Positions 1 through 9,534 of a DNA stretch of 64,000 bases are shown piece after piece. Source of the DNA: an uncultured Spirochaetota bacterium (GTDB taxonomy: Bacteria > Spirochaetota > Spirochaetia > SZUA-6 > Fen-1364); contig CAWJSK010000012.1 in the NCBI GenBank assembly GCA_963845535.1, positions 160,001 through 224,000 on the forward strand, given 5' to 3'. The notes below the pieces were generated by a model, which was given only the letters and a program-made list of their open reading frames with translations, did not search any database and was not told where the DNA came from. Both the position numbers and the translations under genes were made by a program. How positions within the stretch are numbered: position 1 is the first letter of the stretch; the number at the start of each line of letters is the position of its first letter.

Positions 1-18
1 CGGTTCGACCATGGCGGG

Positions 19-507
19 TCAGACCACCTTGAGGTAAATGACCTTTGCGTCCCCCGGCGCGTAGAAATCGTCCAGCACGGCAACGGGAGAATAGCCGCGC
101 GCGAGATAGAACCCCCGGGTGGGCTCGTACAGCTCCCTCATGGAGGTCTCGATGTAAACGCGGTTTCCCCCGAGGCCGCGGATGGCTTTCTCACTGGCGT
201 CGAGGAGCTGTTTCCCCAGTCCCTTGCCACGATAGCTCCCGGCAACGACGATCCAGTACAGGTCGAAGCTCGTGCGGGTGCAGGCGATGGGACCATAACT
301 GGTGTACCCCACGGTCTGCCCGTCCTCTTCGGCGAACAGGAAGTGGTATCCGCACCGGGGTCCCTTGTCCAGCCTGTCCTCGATGAGCTCGACCGCTGTG
401 TCGACCTCCTCGGGATAAAAGAACCCCGTGGACTCCGTGATGGAACGGATCCTCTCCACGTCGGCTCTTTCGACAGAGTTACGGATGGTGATCACCTGGG
501 TGCCCAT
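19..507 (-). CDS. GNAT family N-acetyltransferase
   Basis: ATG at 507; acetyl-CoA motif YRGKGLGKQLL, LYWIVV, FYLARGY; overlaps the 3' end of the ATP-grasp gene. Confidence 0.88.
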   Translation of the reverse strand: MGTQVITIRNSVERADVERIRSITESTGFFYPEEVDTAVELIEDRLDKGPRCGYHFLFAEEDGQTVGYTSYGPIACTRTSFDLYWIVVAGSYRGKGLGKQLLDASEKAIRGLGGNRVYIETSMRELYEPTRGFYLARGYSPVAVLDDFYAPGDAKVIYLKVV

Positions 508-1553
508 GTATTTGGCTCCTTCGTGCGTCGGCCCGGCATGAGCCGCGCCTCGGCTTTTCTGTAAGAATCCTCTACTACGCGACGAACCACGTCGTCCCGT
601 GAAAGTCCCGCCCGAGCGGCGGCGGCCATGAAACCGGCGTCCGGCGACAGGCAGGGGTTGGTGTTGACCTCCAGGACCCACGGCTTGCCGTCAGCGTCGA
701 CGCGAAAATCGACCCTCGCATATCCCCGCAGGCCGAAAAGCTCCCAGCATGAGAGGCTGAGATGCTTCAGGGTGTCCAGCAGCGCGGCGTCCCGAGGGGT
801 GAAGTCGAAGCTGCGCGGCGTGCTGCCGTACTCGAACGAGCTCTCCTCCCACTTCGCGTTGTACCCCACGAAGCGCGGTTTCCCCTCTGGATAGCCGACG
901 AACGTGATCTCCGCGGGCGGAAGCCCCTGCGGACAATCACTGTCTTCCTGCCCTCCGAGCAAGGCAAGGTTGAACTCCCTCCCTTCGATGTAGCGTTCGA
1001 CAAAAAGCTGGTCCGCGCTCTCCCGGGAGGACCGACGGCGCACTTCGGATTCAAGCTCATCCAACGAGCGCGCCACCGCGCTGTCCGCCATGCCAATGGA
1101 GGCGTGCTCCCAGATCGATTTCACAATGAAAGGCGGCGCAAAATCCAGCTCCGAGCGCAAAGCTTCCGCGGCAGTGGTCCACGCCGGCGTCTCGATCCCG
1201 GCGGCGGCCAGCATCTTCTTTGCCAGCAGCTTGTGAGAGGTAAGGAAGACGGCTTCCGTGGGGGCCCCCGTGAAGGGGATACCGAGGCTTTCGAGGAGGC
1301 TGGGGGCCAGGTGTATCAGGCTCCCTTTCCCCTCGACGGTCTCAGCAAGATTGAAGACGAGCGCGGGATTCAGCGACCGAAGTCTTTCCGCGGCGCTGGA
1401 AAGATCAAGGGCCAGCTCCACCTCTTCGGTGGCGTACCCGAGCGATTGCAGTGAGTCGCGCACCGTCTGGACTTGGACGAGGACATCTTTTTCATCCTCT
1501 CCGGCTTCAGCGTCAACCCGCCCATACAGGAGCGCTATCGTTTGTTGGCCCAT
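492..1553 (-). CDS. D-alanine--D-alanine ligase-like ATP-grasp protein
   Basis: VFNLAE, FVERYIEGREFN, YARVDFR, LEVNTNP motifs. Confidence 0.88.
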   Translation of the reverse strand: MGQQTIALLYGRVDAEAGEDEKDVLVQVQTVRDSLQSLGYATEEVELALDLSSAAERLRSLNPALVFNLAETVEGKGSLIHLAPSLLESLGIPFTGAPTEAVFLTSHKLLAKKMLAAAGIETPAWTTAAEALRSELDFAPPFIVKSIWEHASIGMADSAVARSLDELESEVRRRSSRESADQLFVERYIEGREFNLALLGGQEDSDCPQGLPPAEITFVGYPEGKPRFVGYNAKWEESSFEYGSTPRSFDFTPRDAALLDTLKHLSLSCWELFGLRGYARVDFRVDADGKPWVLEVNTNPCLSPDAGFMAAAARAGLSRDDVVRRVVEDSYRKAEARLMPGRRTKEPNTWAPR

Positions 1554-1608
1554 GGAAGGTCGTACTCAGCTCCGCCGCGGCCTGGCCGCGGCGGAGCATC
1601 ATCTCTCC

Positions 1609-2910
1609 TTATCGACAGGGCTCTTGAGGATCTGGGTAGCGGAAATACAGGTCCTGATAGTTCCTCAGGACCAGATCATCACCGTCCCAACCCACCGTGT
1701 AATCAGGCAGAAGAGGTATCTTCCCGCCCCCTTGCGGAGCATCGATCACGTAGTTCGGCACGGCGTACCCCGAGGTGTGGCCGCGCAGACCCTTGATGAT
1801 CTCCAGGCCCTTGCGGACCGGTGTCCTGAAGTGGGCCGATCCGATGATGGGATCACACTGGTAGAGGTAGTACGGCTTCACGCGCGCCATGAGGAGGCCG
1901 TGCATGAGGCGCTTCATCACGTCTACCGTGTCATTGATTCCCGCAAGCAGGACGGTCTGGCTCCCGAGCGGGATGCCGGCGTCCGCCAGGCGCGCGCACG
2001 CCTCCCGCGTCTCCTCCGTCAGCTCGTCCGGGTGCGTACAATGGATGCTCATCCACAAGGGGTGGAAGCGCTTGAGCATGCGCGTGAGCGCCGGGGTGAT
2101 CCGCTGAGGCATCACCACGGGGGCCTTGGTGCCGATGCGCAGGAACTCCACGTGGGGGATGCGGCGCAGCCGGCTCAGGAGCCATTCGAGCTTCTCATCC
2201 GACAGCGTGAGCGGGTCCCCTCCGGAGAGGAGGACGTCACGCACCTCCGTGTGCTCCGTGATGTAGGCAATGGCCTGCTCCCACTGGGCCTGGAAGAAGA
2301 TGCTGTTGGCATCCGGGTTCTCCACGATGCGCGACCGCGTGCAGTAGCGGCAGTTGGAGGCGCAGGTGTTGGCCACGAGGAAAAGGACCCTGTCCGGATA
2401 GCGGTGCACGAGGCACGGCACCGGGCTGTCCCTGTCCTCTCCCAGAGGGTCTTCAGCCTCTCCCGGCGCGCGGAGGTATTCCTCCATGACGGGAATCATG
2501 GTCCGCCGAAGCGGCTGATTGGGGTCATCCGCGTCGATCAGGCTGAGGTAGTACGGGGTGATGGCGAACGGCAGGGACCCTGTGCGGCGGTTGATTGCCG
2601 TGCGCTCGTCCTCCGAGAGCCGGATGATCTTCTCCAGCGCCTCCGGTGTGCGGATCCGGTTTCTCATCTGCCAGCGCCAGTCACACCATTCCGCGGCCAT
2701 GGCAAACGGAAAGAAGCGGGCGCGGAACTCTTCAGAGCGCCGGGAAGTGGGAAACTTCGGCGATGGCGGGGAGCTTCTCTTGAAAGTTCTCTGGTAGGAC
2801 TTGAAAGGTGGGATCGTAGTCCGGATACCGGCAAGCCCGGCAAGCTCCTGGACTACGGGGCTTGTACCTGGAGGTTCTGCCTCCTCAGTGCTGAGCACTC
2901 TGGTTTCCAT
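1609..2910 (-). CDS. kamA: KamA family radical SAM/PLP aminomutase (lysine 2,3-aminomutase-like)
   Basis: LVHRYPDRVL, CASNCRYC, LSGGDPL, PYYLYQCD, DAPQGGGKIP (PLP lysine). Confidence 0.92.
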   Translation of the reverse strand: METRVLSTEEAEPPGTSPVVQELAGLAGIRTTIPPFKSYQRTFKRSSPPSPKFPTSRRSEEFRARFFPFAMAAEWCDWRWQMRNRIRTPEALEKIIRLSEDERTAINRRTGSLPFAITPYYLSLIDADDPNQPLRRTMIPVMEEYLRAPGEAEDPLGEDRDSPVPCLVHRYPDRVLFLVANTCASNCRYCTRSRIVENPDANSIFFQAQWEQAIAYITEHTEVRDVLLSGGDPLTLSDEKLEWLLSRLRRIPHVEFLRIGTKAPVVMPQRITPALTRMLKRFHPLWMSIHCTHPDELTEETREACARLADAGIPLGSQTVLLAGINDTVDVMKRLMHGLLMARVKPYYLYQCDPIIGSAHFRTPVRKGLEIIKGLRGHTSGYAVPNYVIDAPQGGGKIPLLPDYTVGWDGDDLVLRNYQDLYFRYPDPQEPCR

Positions 2911-3249
2911 CTCTGTAAGGACTCCTTCATCTCATGCGGCCGCTGCCTTGCGCGGTCTGTCCGCGCAGTTGCTGCGGCACTCTGCTGGAAGGTACAACGC
3001 CCTTCCCATGGGCTTGAGAGTTTCCCGTGCCCTGTCACGCTTGTGCAAGCCACGTGCGGGTATGCGGTTCCCCTCCCCCATGAAGCTGTCAAAGCAATGC
3101 ATACTACATCAAAAAAAAGAATGCAAGCGAGATTTCGAGCCGCAGGGCTCTTTTTGCGGCCCTCCTCACCGGTTCTCCCCTACTTCCGTGAAGTAGTGCA
3201 TCACGATCTGTATCGGCGCGTTCTCCCGAAATCTGATACACTCTGGTCC

Positions 3250-4642
3250 GTGTCTCGTGACAAGGCAATACTCGTCGGCGTCGAGCTGAAAGGGAGGGAA
3301 GCGGCCTGGACCATCCAGGATTCCCTCGAAGAGCTCGGGCGCCTGGCCAGGACCGCCGGACTTTCCGTTGCGGGGCAGACCTGGCAGAAACTTCCCCGAC
3401 CTAGTGCATCGACATGGATCGGATCCGGCAAGGTGGAGGAGATCGCCCGGCTCATGGCCGCGGAAGATGCCGCCTATGTCCTTTTCGATGACGAGCTCTC
3501 CCCCGGGCAGCAGAGAAACCTGGAAGAAGCCCTGGGGGAAAACGCGCGGGTCATAGACCGCACGCGGCTCATCCTCGACATATTCAGCCTCAACGCGCGC
3601 TCGGCCGAGGGCAAGCTCCAGGTCGAGCTTGCCCAGTACCAGTACCTGCTCCCCCGGTTGGCCGGCATGCGCAGAGGCCTGGCGCAACAGGTGGGAGGGT
3701 CTGGCGCCGGTCCCGTGGGACTTCGAGGGCCTGGGGAAACACAGCTTGGAAATGGACAGGCGGCAGGCGCGGCGGCGGATCACCGCGTTGAAGCGGGGTC
3801 TCGAAGAGGTCCGAACCCAGAGGCGCCAGCACCGAAGGCAGCGGCTCAGGGCAGGCCTGCCCGTGATCGCCCTCGTCGGCTACACGAACGCCGGCAAGAG
3901 CTCGCTTCTCAACGCGCTGACCGGGGCAGGCGTCCTGGTTCAGGACCGGTTGTTCGCCACCTTGGACCCTACCACGCGCCGCCTGATGCTTCCCGGCGGC
4001 CGGGAGGCTCTGGTAACGGACACGGTCGGGTTCATCCGAAAGCTGCCCCACGAGCTGGTGGCGGCATTCCGCGCCACGCTGGAGGGCATCGAAGAGGCGT
4101 CCTTGATCCTCCACGTCGTGGACGGGAGCCATCCCCACGCATCTGAGCAGGTGGCGGCGGTGCAATCGGTGCTCTCGTCGCTTGCCATCGCCCATACTCC
4201 GCTGCTCATGGTCTGGAACAAGGCGGACCTGCTCCCTGACCGCAGCCTTCCGCAGCTTCCCGGCACGGCCCATCACGGCTCGCTGTCAATCAGCGCAAAA
4301 ACCGGGGAGAGCATCCCGGCTCTTCTTGCGCAAATAGAGCGGAGCCTGGCCGAGGGTCTTGCAGACATGGACCTCCTCATCCCGTACGAACGCTACGACC
4401 TTGTGACGCAGCTCTACGAGCAGGGAACCGTGTGGTCCAAAGAAGAGACGCCGGAGGGGGTGCGGATCAGCGCGTCGGTCCCGCGGGCGTTCGCTGAGAA
4501 GCTGGAGGGGTTCGCGCTTTCAAAAAAAGAGCATCACGGCAGAGGCAAACGTCAACACCTGCATGGAGACGTTGAACGCCTTCTGGGGGAGGCGGCGGGC
4601 GGCGAGGATCCCGAGGACAGCGCCGGCAAGGACGGCCCCTGA
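3250..4642 (+). CDS. hflX: GTPase HflX with one apparent frameshift near 3746 (probable sequence error)
   Basis: IGSGKVEEI, EGKLQVELAQ, RGPGETQL in one frame; GYTNAGKS, LFATLDPT, DTVGFI, NKAD in the next frame; removing one base restores GETQLEMDRR. Confidence 0.85.
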
Positions 4643-5270
4643 GAGGACCGCGTCGAACGCAAGGGACGCGGGGGTGATCAGGCCCAGGCTGATGCTGAAC
4701 GGCACCTTGACCCAGTTCAGCACGGCGAAAAACCAGGCGCCGGTGCCGAGGAACTCGTCCTTGGGAAGGCGCATGGCCAGCAGGTACACCATCATCACCG
4801 GCCCCGCGGCGTTTGCAAGCATGGTCGTTGCGCCCGCCAGGAGCCCCGCCAGGGCGGCGAACCACCACGCGGACGGGACGTCTGCTTTTCCCCGGGACGC
4901 CAGGTCACGCCACAGCCCGACTCCGAGCATGACAATGACAATGACGCCGATCACCGGCCGCAGCTCGACGGTCGTTGATCCTGCCCATTGCAAAGAAACC
5001 GATGACAATGCCCGCTAATGCCCACGGGAAAAGCCGCAGGAGGTGACGCCACACCGCGTGCCTGCGGTACCAGATGACGGCAACGGCGTCCCCGAGGATC
5101 AGCAAGGGAAGGAGCGCGCCGGTGGAGACCCGGGCGGGCAGGACGAACGCAAAGAGTGGAACGAAAATGATCCCGAGACCCGGGATGCCTGTCTTGCTGA
5201 GGCCGGCGATGAAGGAGCTGACCGCTGTCAGGGTCCATCCGCCGGCGGTGAGGGCGTAGGTGCCCGTCAC
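4520..5270 (-). CDS. Sulfite exporter TauE/SafE (TSUP) family membrane protein, frameshift near 4966
   Basis: GLSKTGIPG, LLPLLILGD, TMLANAAGP, NWVKVP split across ORFs 4905..5270 and 4520..5008. Confidence 0.8.
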
Positions 5271-8119
5271 CAGGAAGCTCTCCCCGCCTTCTCCCGGTAT
5301 TCGGAATACGTGGTGAACGGGTCGCTGATGGACGGATCCTTGGAAGGATCAACGAACGCCACCGTGTTGCGTGACCTCTTGGCGAAGTACAACGCCCGGT
5401 CGCTTTTCTCCACGGCCCGCGAAAGATCCGTGACGCCCGTGACGTCTGCAACCCCCAGGGAAAGCGTCCCGCACGGCTCCCCGCTCGCGCTTGCAAGCTG
5501 GTGCACGTCGCTCATTGCCTCATGCCCAGCCACCGCCTGTTCCTGGGCATAGCGCAGCCTCTCCGCGAGGATGATCCCCGTGTGCAGGTCCGAAGGAATA
5601 ACCACAAGCAACTCCTCGCCTCCGTAGCGCACTCCGATGTCTCCTTCCCGGATGTTGTCCAGGATAAGCTGCGCAGTGGATTTCAGCACCTCGTCTCCCC
5701 GGGGATGCCCAAGCTCGTCGTTCACCCACTTGAAGTGGTCAATGTCGATCATCAGGAGCGTAAGCGGTTTGCCCTGCGCTTTGAGCTTCGCAATCTTCTT
5801 GGAGAGCTCGTTTACGAAGTAATCTTTGTTCCTCAGGCCGGTCATGGAATCAACGTAGCGGCCGGGGAACTCTTCCTTGAGCGTGGCCTGGAGGGTTTCC
5901 AGCGCCCCCCTTCCCCGCGCGCCGCGCTCCCGTGACCACCGTTCCGCCTCCGCCGTGGATGACACCACGACTCCGTGGCCAGCAGCGGCGGCGAAGCTCT
6001 TAGGGTCATTCAGGAGGTAATTGTACAGCTCGGCGACCCCCCGGAAGATGTCGATGAACCCTATCTGAGCCTTCTGGGGGATGTCAAGGACGGACTCGTG
6101 ATGCCGGGCCTCGATCCAGCGGCGCACCTGGCGCGTGACGGGTCGGTAGTCCGGGGATGAGGTCTGTGACCTGGCAATGAAGTCCACGAGCCTTCGGGAG
6201 GCGAGCTCGGCGGCCACCTTGGCGCGCACGGGGTCATCCGCGCCGAGCAGCTCCTGGTTGATGACCCGCCCGACGTCGGCAAGCAGCTCAGCCAGGCGCG
6301 CCGCCAGCTCATACAGCTTGGGCCCCTCGTAATGGTCCGGCTCCGTGATCACGTGGCCGAAACCCTTGATGACCCGGTTGCGCAGGCGGTTGATCCTCTC
6401 CTCGATCCCCCGGGCCCGCTGGCTTTCCCGGAACAGCTTCACGAACCTGGCGTCCCCCTCGATTTCACGGGCAAACTCGCGGACCTCGTCGAGGTACGGG
6501 TCGAACAGGCGTCCGTACACCTCCGACCAGAGGCCGCGCAGCGTGATCAGCTCCCCAGCGAGGGTCTCCCGTCCCAGGACCTTTTCGAGGGCATACGGCT
6601 CCATGGAGGAGAGGAGGTCATCCAGGATGGTATGGAAGACCATGACCAGGCCAATGACGTCGGAGGAGGCGAGGTGCTCCATGTCGGTGAGCCGGGACTG
6701 GAACAGCGTGGTGCGCGTGAACACCCTGTTCACGAAGTACGGAAGGACATATTCTCCCTGATCCACACGCTCGATGCCGGAATCCGGGAACAGCGTCATC
6801 AGCGTGGAAAGAGTCCCCTCGAACTGAATGGAAAACTTCTCCTCTTTCTCCTGCTCCAGCCTTTCAAGCTCTTTTGCTCTTTGCTCGGCAAGCGCCTGTT
6901 CCTGCTGCTCGCGCGCCCTGCGCTGCCAGCTCTCCCACGTGAGGACCTGCTCCTCCCGCAGCTCCAGGAACGCCAGCACGCGCTCGCGTTTCTCCGGGCT
7001 CTGGTCTTGTTCGTCGTAGAAGGATGCGATCATCTTGAGGAGCGCCGGGTACAGCTCATGGCCGTATTTTCTCAGGTTCTGATAGGCCGCGCGAAAAAGC
7101 CCCTCCGCATCCGTCAGATCGCTCAAGCTTTGTTCACCAGGGTGAAGCGACAGGTTGACGTCCCGTACGACGTCGAAAAGCCCGTCCAGCTTGTCTCTCT
7201 CGACGGCTTCGGTGACGGCGATGAGCCGGCAACCGTCCTTCACGACCCGGGCAGTCTCGGCCACGCGCGCGCGCCCTCCGGAGGCGAGCTTTGCTTCCAG
7301 GTAGGCAAGGCTTTTTCGAAGCATCTCATAGGGCTGGGTGAACTCCCCCAGGAACTCGAGCGCGAAAGGCTCCCGGGAGCGAAGTGCCCGCACAACGTCG
7401 TCTCCGCGCGCATCCCCCCCGGTCTCTTCCGCGGGCGCCGTCCCCACAGGTCCGCGCCCCAGGAGCGAGCGCGCACTGTCACGCAGCGCATCCAGGTTGT
7501 CGACGAAGGAAAGCTCGAACGGGTTCTCTCCCTGATATCCTTTTCGCTCGGCGAGGAAACGCATGAATCCGGCGCTCACAAGGTCTTCCCGCGCGGGATC
7601 GAAGACGCTGAGCAGGTCCTCCACGCGCTCCAGGAGCCGCGTAATGAGGAATCCGTTTCGATACGCATAGCGGTTGATCCGCCTGCGAAGCCACGGAGGC
7701 ACTGTAGGCAGCCAGTCGATTGCCCGCTTGCCGGATTCCCCGACAGTGTTCTGTTTTTCCCCCTGCTTTTCGGGCGCTCTCTCCTGCCCCAGGCTCACCA
7801 GGCCGGAGGCGGCGGCACGGTTCAGACCGGCCTCTCGCGTCAAGGTCTCGTCCCGCGCGGGGAGAACCCTGCGGGCAGCGGATGCATTGGAGACGGGGGC
7901 GGGAGGCGGCTCAGCGCGCCTGTCCCGCACTACGGGCTGCGGCTTCGGCCGCTCCAACGCGGCCCGGGTCCTCCGGCGGACCTCCTCCTCCCCGTAGCCT
8001 TTCTCCCGCAGGTCTCGGTAGACCCGTTCGATTTGCTGGCGGGAGACGCCCTGCTTGAGCAGGTTTTCATAGAGTGTGTTTTTTTCCTTGTCCTCAGGGG
8101 GCATCTGCCACGGCTCCAC
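5267..8119 (-). CDS. Large GGDEF-domain protein (putative diguanylate cyclase)
   Basis: C-terminal DSMTGLRN, IDIDHFKWVNDELGH, REGD..RYGGEEL; long unassigned helical N-terminus. Confidence 0.85.
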   Translation of the reverse strand: MEPWQMPPEDKEKNTLYENLLKQGVSRQQIERVYRDLREKGYGEEEVRRRTRAALERPKPQPVVRDRRAEPPPAPVSNASAARRVLPARDETLTREAGLNRAAASGLVSLGQERAPEKQGEKQNTVGESGKRAIDWLPTVPPWLRRRINRYAYRNGFLITRLLERVEDLLSVFDPAREDLVSAGFMRFLAERKGYQGENPFELSFVDNLDALRDSARSLLGRGPVGTAPAEETGGDARGDDVVRALRSREPFALEFLGEFTQPYEMLRKSLAYLEAKLASGGRARVAETARVVKDGCRLIAVTEAVERDKLDGLFDVVRDVNLSLHPGEQSLSDLTDAEGLFRAAYQNLRKYGHELYPALLKMIASFYDEQDQSPEKRERVLAFLELREEQVLTWESWQRRAREQQEQALAEQRAKELERLEQEKEEKFSIQFEGTLSTLMTLFPDSGIERVDQGEYVLPYFVNRVFTRTTLFQSRLTDMEHLASSDVIGLVMVFHTILDDLLSSMEPYALEKVLGRETLAGELITLRGLWSEVYGRLFDPYLDEVREFAREIEGDARFVKLFRESQRARGIEERINRLRNRVIKGFGHVITEPDHYEGPKLYELAARLAELLADVGRVINQELLGADDPVRAKVAAELASRRLVDFIARSQTSSPDYRPVTRQVRRWIEARHHESVLDIPQKAQIGFIDIFRGVAELYNYLLNDPKSFAAAAGHGVVVSSTAEAERWSRERGARGRGALETLQATLKEEFPGRYVDSMTGLRNKDYFVNELSKKIAKLKAQGKPLTLLMIDIDHFKWVNDELGHPRGDEVLKSTAQLILDNIREGDIGVRYGGEELLVVIPSDLHTGIILAERLRYAQEQAVAGHEAMSDVHQLASASGEPCGTLSLGVADVTGVTDLSRAVEKSDRALYFAKRSRNTVAFVDPSKDPSISDPFTTYSEYREKAGRASW

Positions 8120-9022
8120 CTACCTTCGAGTATAACCCGCAATCATGGCCGCGGCGGCCCGAATCTCAGCGGTCCTTCCCGAGAAAGCGCAGAGAGAGGT
8201 CCGCAGGACGACCCTTCGGCGTTCCCGGGCGTCAGCGGAGCACGAAACGCAGGATATCACCCCCGTCCCCGGTGACTCGGGCGCGGATGGTTTCCTGTGC
8301 TGCGGCTCACCGGCACCCGGGCCGTCCTGACCCTCTCCCGGGACCTCGAATGCCTTGACCAGGAGCTGGCTTCGGCCGTCATCGTGTTCGTCGACGCAGA
8401 TGATCTTCCGCGTGAGCGGTTCCGCCCCGGCGCTTCTGTCGCTAGCGCCCCTGGCCTCGAGCGTCTCCGCGCTCCCGGGAACCTGCGTGAGGTTCCAGAG
8501 CCATACGCTGGCGGGAATTTGACGGGAAACCTCCAGAGTGGTTTCCTCGACGTACCCTGCCTGCCGCAGCCATCGAGTCCCCCACGCGTCGGAGATCTCC
8601 TGTTCCTCGAGGGATCGCAGTCGCCGCTGGATCCGGAAGCCGAGCATCGTCCCTGATTTCCACGCGTGGACCTCGCCCTTGTTCTCCATGGAGAAAACGC
8701 CTTTCTCTGCGGCGCCCTCGTAACGCCCGGGGTCCAGGGATGGTGGAGGGACGGTGTCGTGCGGGAAAAACTCCTCTCGCGGGCCGAGCCAGATCCGGTC
8801 CCCGCCGGGGTTGAGCCAGCCGTCGTCCTTGGCGCCGATTTCCAGCATGCGGAGGAAATCGGGGTTCACCCACAGCGCGTTCTCCCCCCTCCAGTGCGGC
8901 CAGACCCCGAGCACGCGCCCGTACTCCGGCAGGATCAGGACGGCGCCGTCCGCTCCGGACTCCAGCACGGTGTAGTGGATCCCCAGGCGATTCATGCTGA
9001 CCGCAAGCTCTTCAAGCCCCAC
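8120..9022 (-). CDS. Hypothetical protein (DUF6786/aldose-epimerase-like N-terminus)
   Basis: YGRVLG, LWVNP, WLNPGGDRIWLGP; directly abuts the GGDEF gene. Confidence 0.6.
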   Translation of the reverse strand: MGLEELAVSMNRLGIHYTVLESGADGAVLILPEYGRVLGVWPHWRGENALWVNPDFLRMLEIGAKDDGWLNPGGDRIWLGPREEFFPHDTVPPPSLDPGRYEGAAEKGVFSMENKGEVHAWKSGTMLGFRIQRRLRSLEEQEISDAWGTRWLRQAGYVEETTLEVSRQIPASVWLWNLTQVPGSAETLEARGASDRSAGAEPLTRKIICVDEHDDGRSQLLVKAFEVPGEGQDGPGAGEPQHRKPSAPESPGTGVISCVSCSADARERRRVVLRTSLCAFSGRTAEIRAAAAMIAGYTRR

Positions 9023-9058
9023 CCGGCTCCCTCCCCCGCGCGGCAGACCGCACCAGGG

Positions 9059-9487
9059 CTACACGTCCCTGGACATGACGAGGATCGTGGCGCGCTCCTC
9101 CCAGCCGATCCTCCTCCAGAACCGTCTGCCCTCCTCATTGTCGGCAACAACGAAAATGTGGCACTTGCGCATGCCCAGGGCTGCCAGCGCCGCGAGGGAC
9201 CGGCCCACGAGCGCCCGGCCGATCCCCTGCCCACGGGACTCCCGGGCAACGGCGCAGTGGTAAAGAAAGCCGCGACGGCCGTCGCAGCTTGCAAGCAGCG
9301 CGCCGACCAGGGAGCCGTTCGATGACAGGGCGGCAAAGCTCAATCCGGGGTTTCGCTCCAGGAAAGATCCGATGTTCTCCCGGGAATCAGCGGCGCTGAG
9401 GCCGATCCCTTCACTTGCCTGCCACAAGGCGTATGCGGCATCGTAGTCCCCCATATCGAACGCCCGTATGCGTAACTCCGTGCTCAT
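9059..9487 (-). CDS. GNAT family N-acetyltransferase
   Basis: DGRRGFLYHCAV..RGQGIGRAL, FWRRIGW; ATG at 9487. Confidence 0.88.
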   Translation of the reverse strand: MSTELRIRAFDMGDYDAAYALWQASEGIGLSAADSRENIGSFLERNPGLSFAALSSNGSLVGALLASCDGRRGFLYHCAVARESRGQGIGRALVGRSLAALAALGMRKCHIFVVADNEEGRRFWRRIGWEERATILVMSRDV

Positions 9488-9534
9488 TGCGCGAACGCTA
9501 CCATGTTTGGCCGATTTTGGGGTATACCAGGGAC

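Noticed and set aside
2911..3249. Possible riboswitch in the long kamA leader
   Set aside because: No lysine, SAM, c-di-AMP or c-di-GMP consensus recognised by eye; an Infernal/Rfam scan would be needed
1258..4146. 962-aa plus-strand ORF
   Set aside because: Antisense shadow of kamA and the ligase; only the part from 3250 is real (HflX N-half)
6332..8275. 647-aa plus-strand ORF, and similar long ORFs at 12578..13645, 15396..16844, 35715..37154 and 59660..61372
   Set aside because: Antisense shadows of well-supported genes, expected at high GC, with no protein motifs
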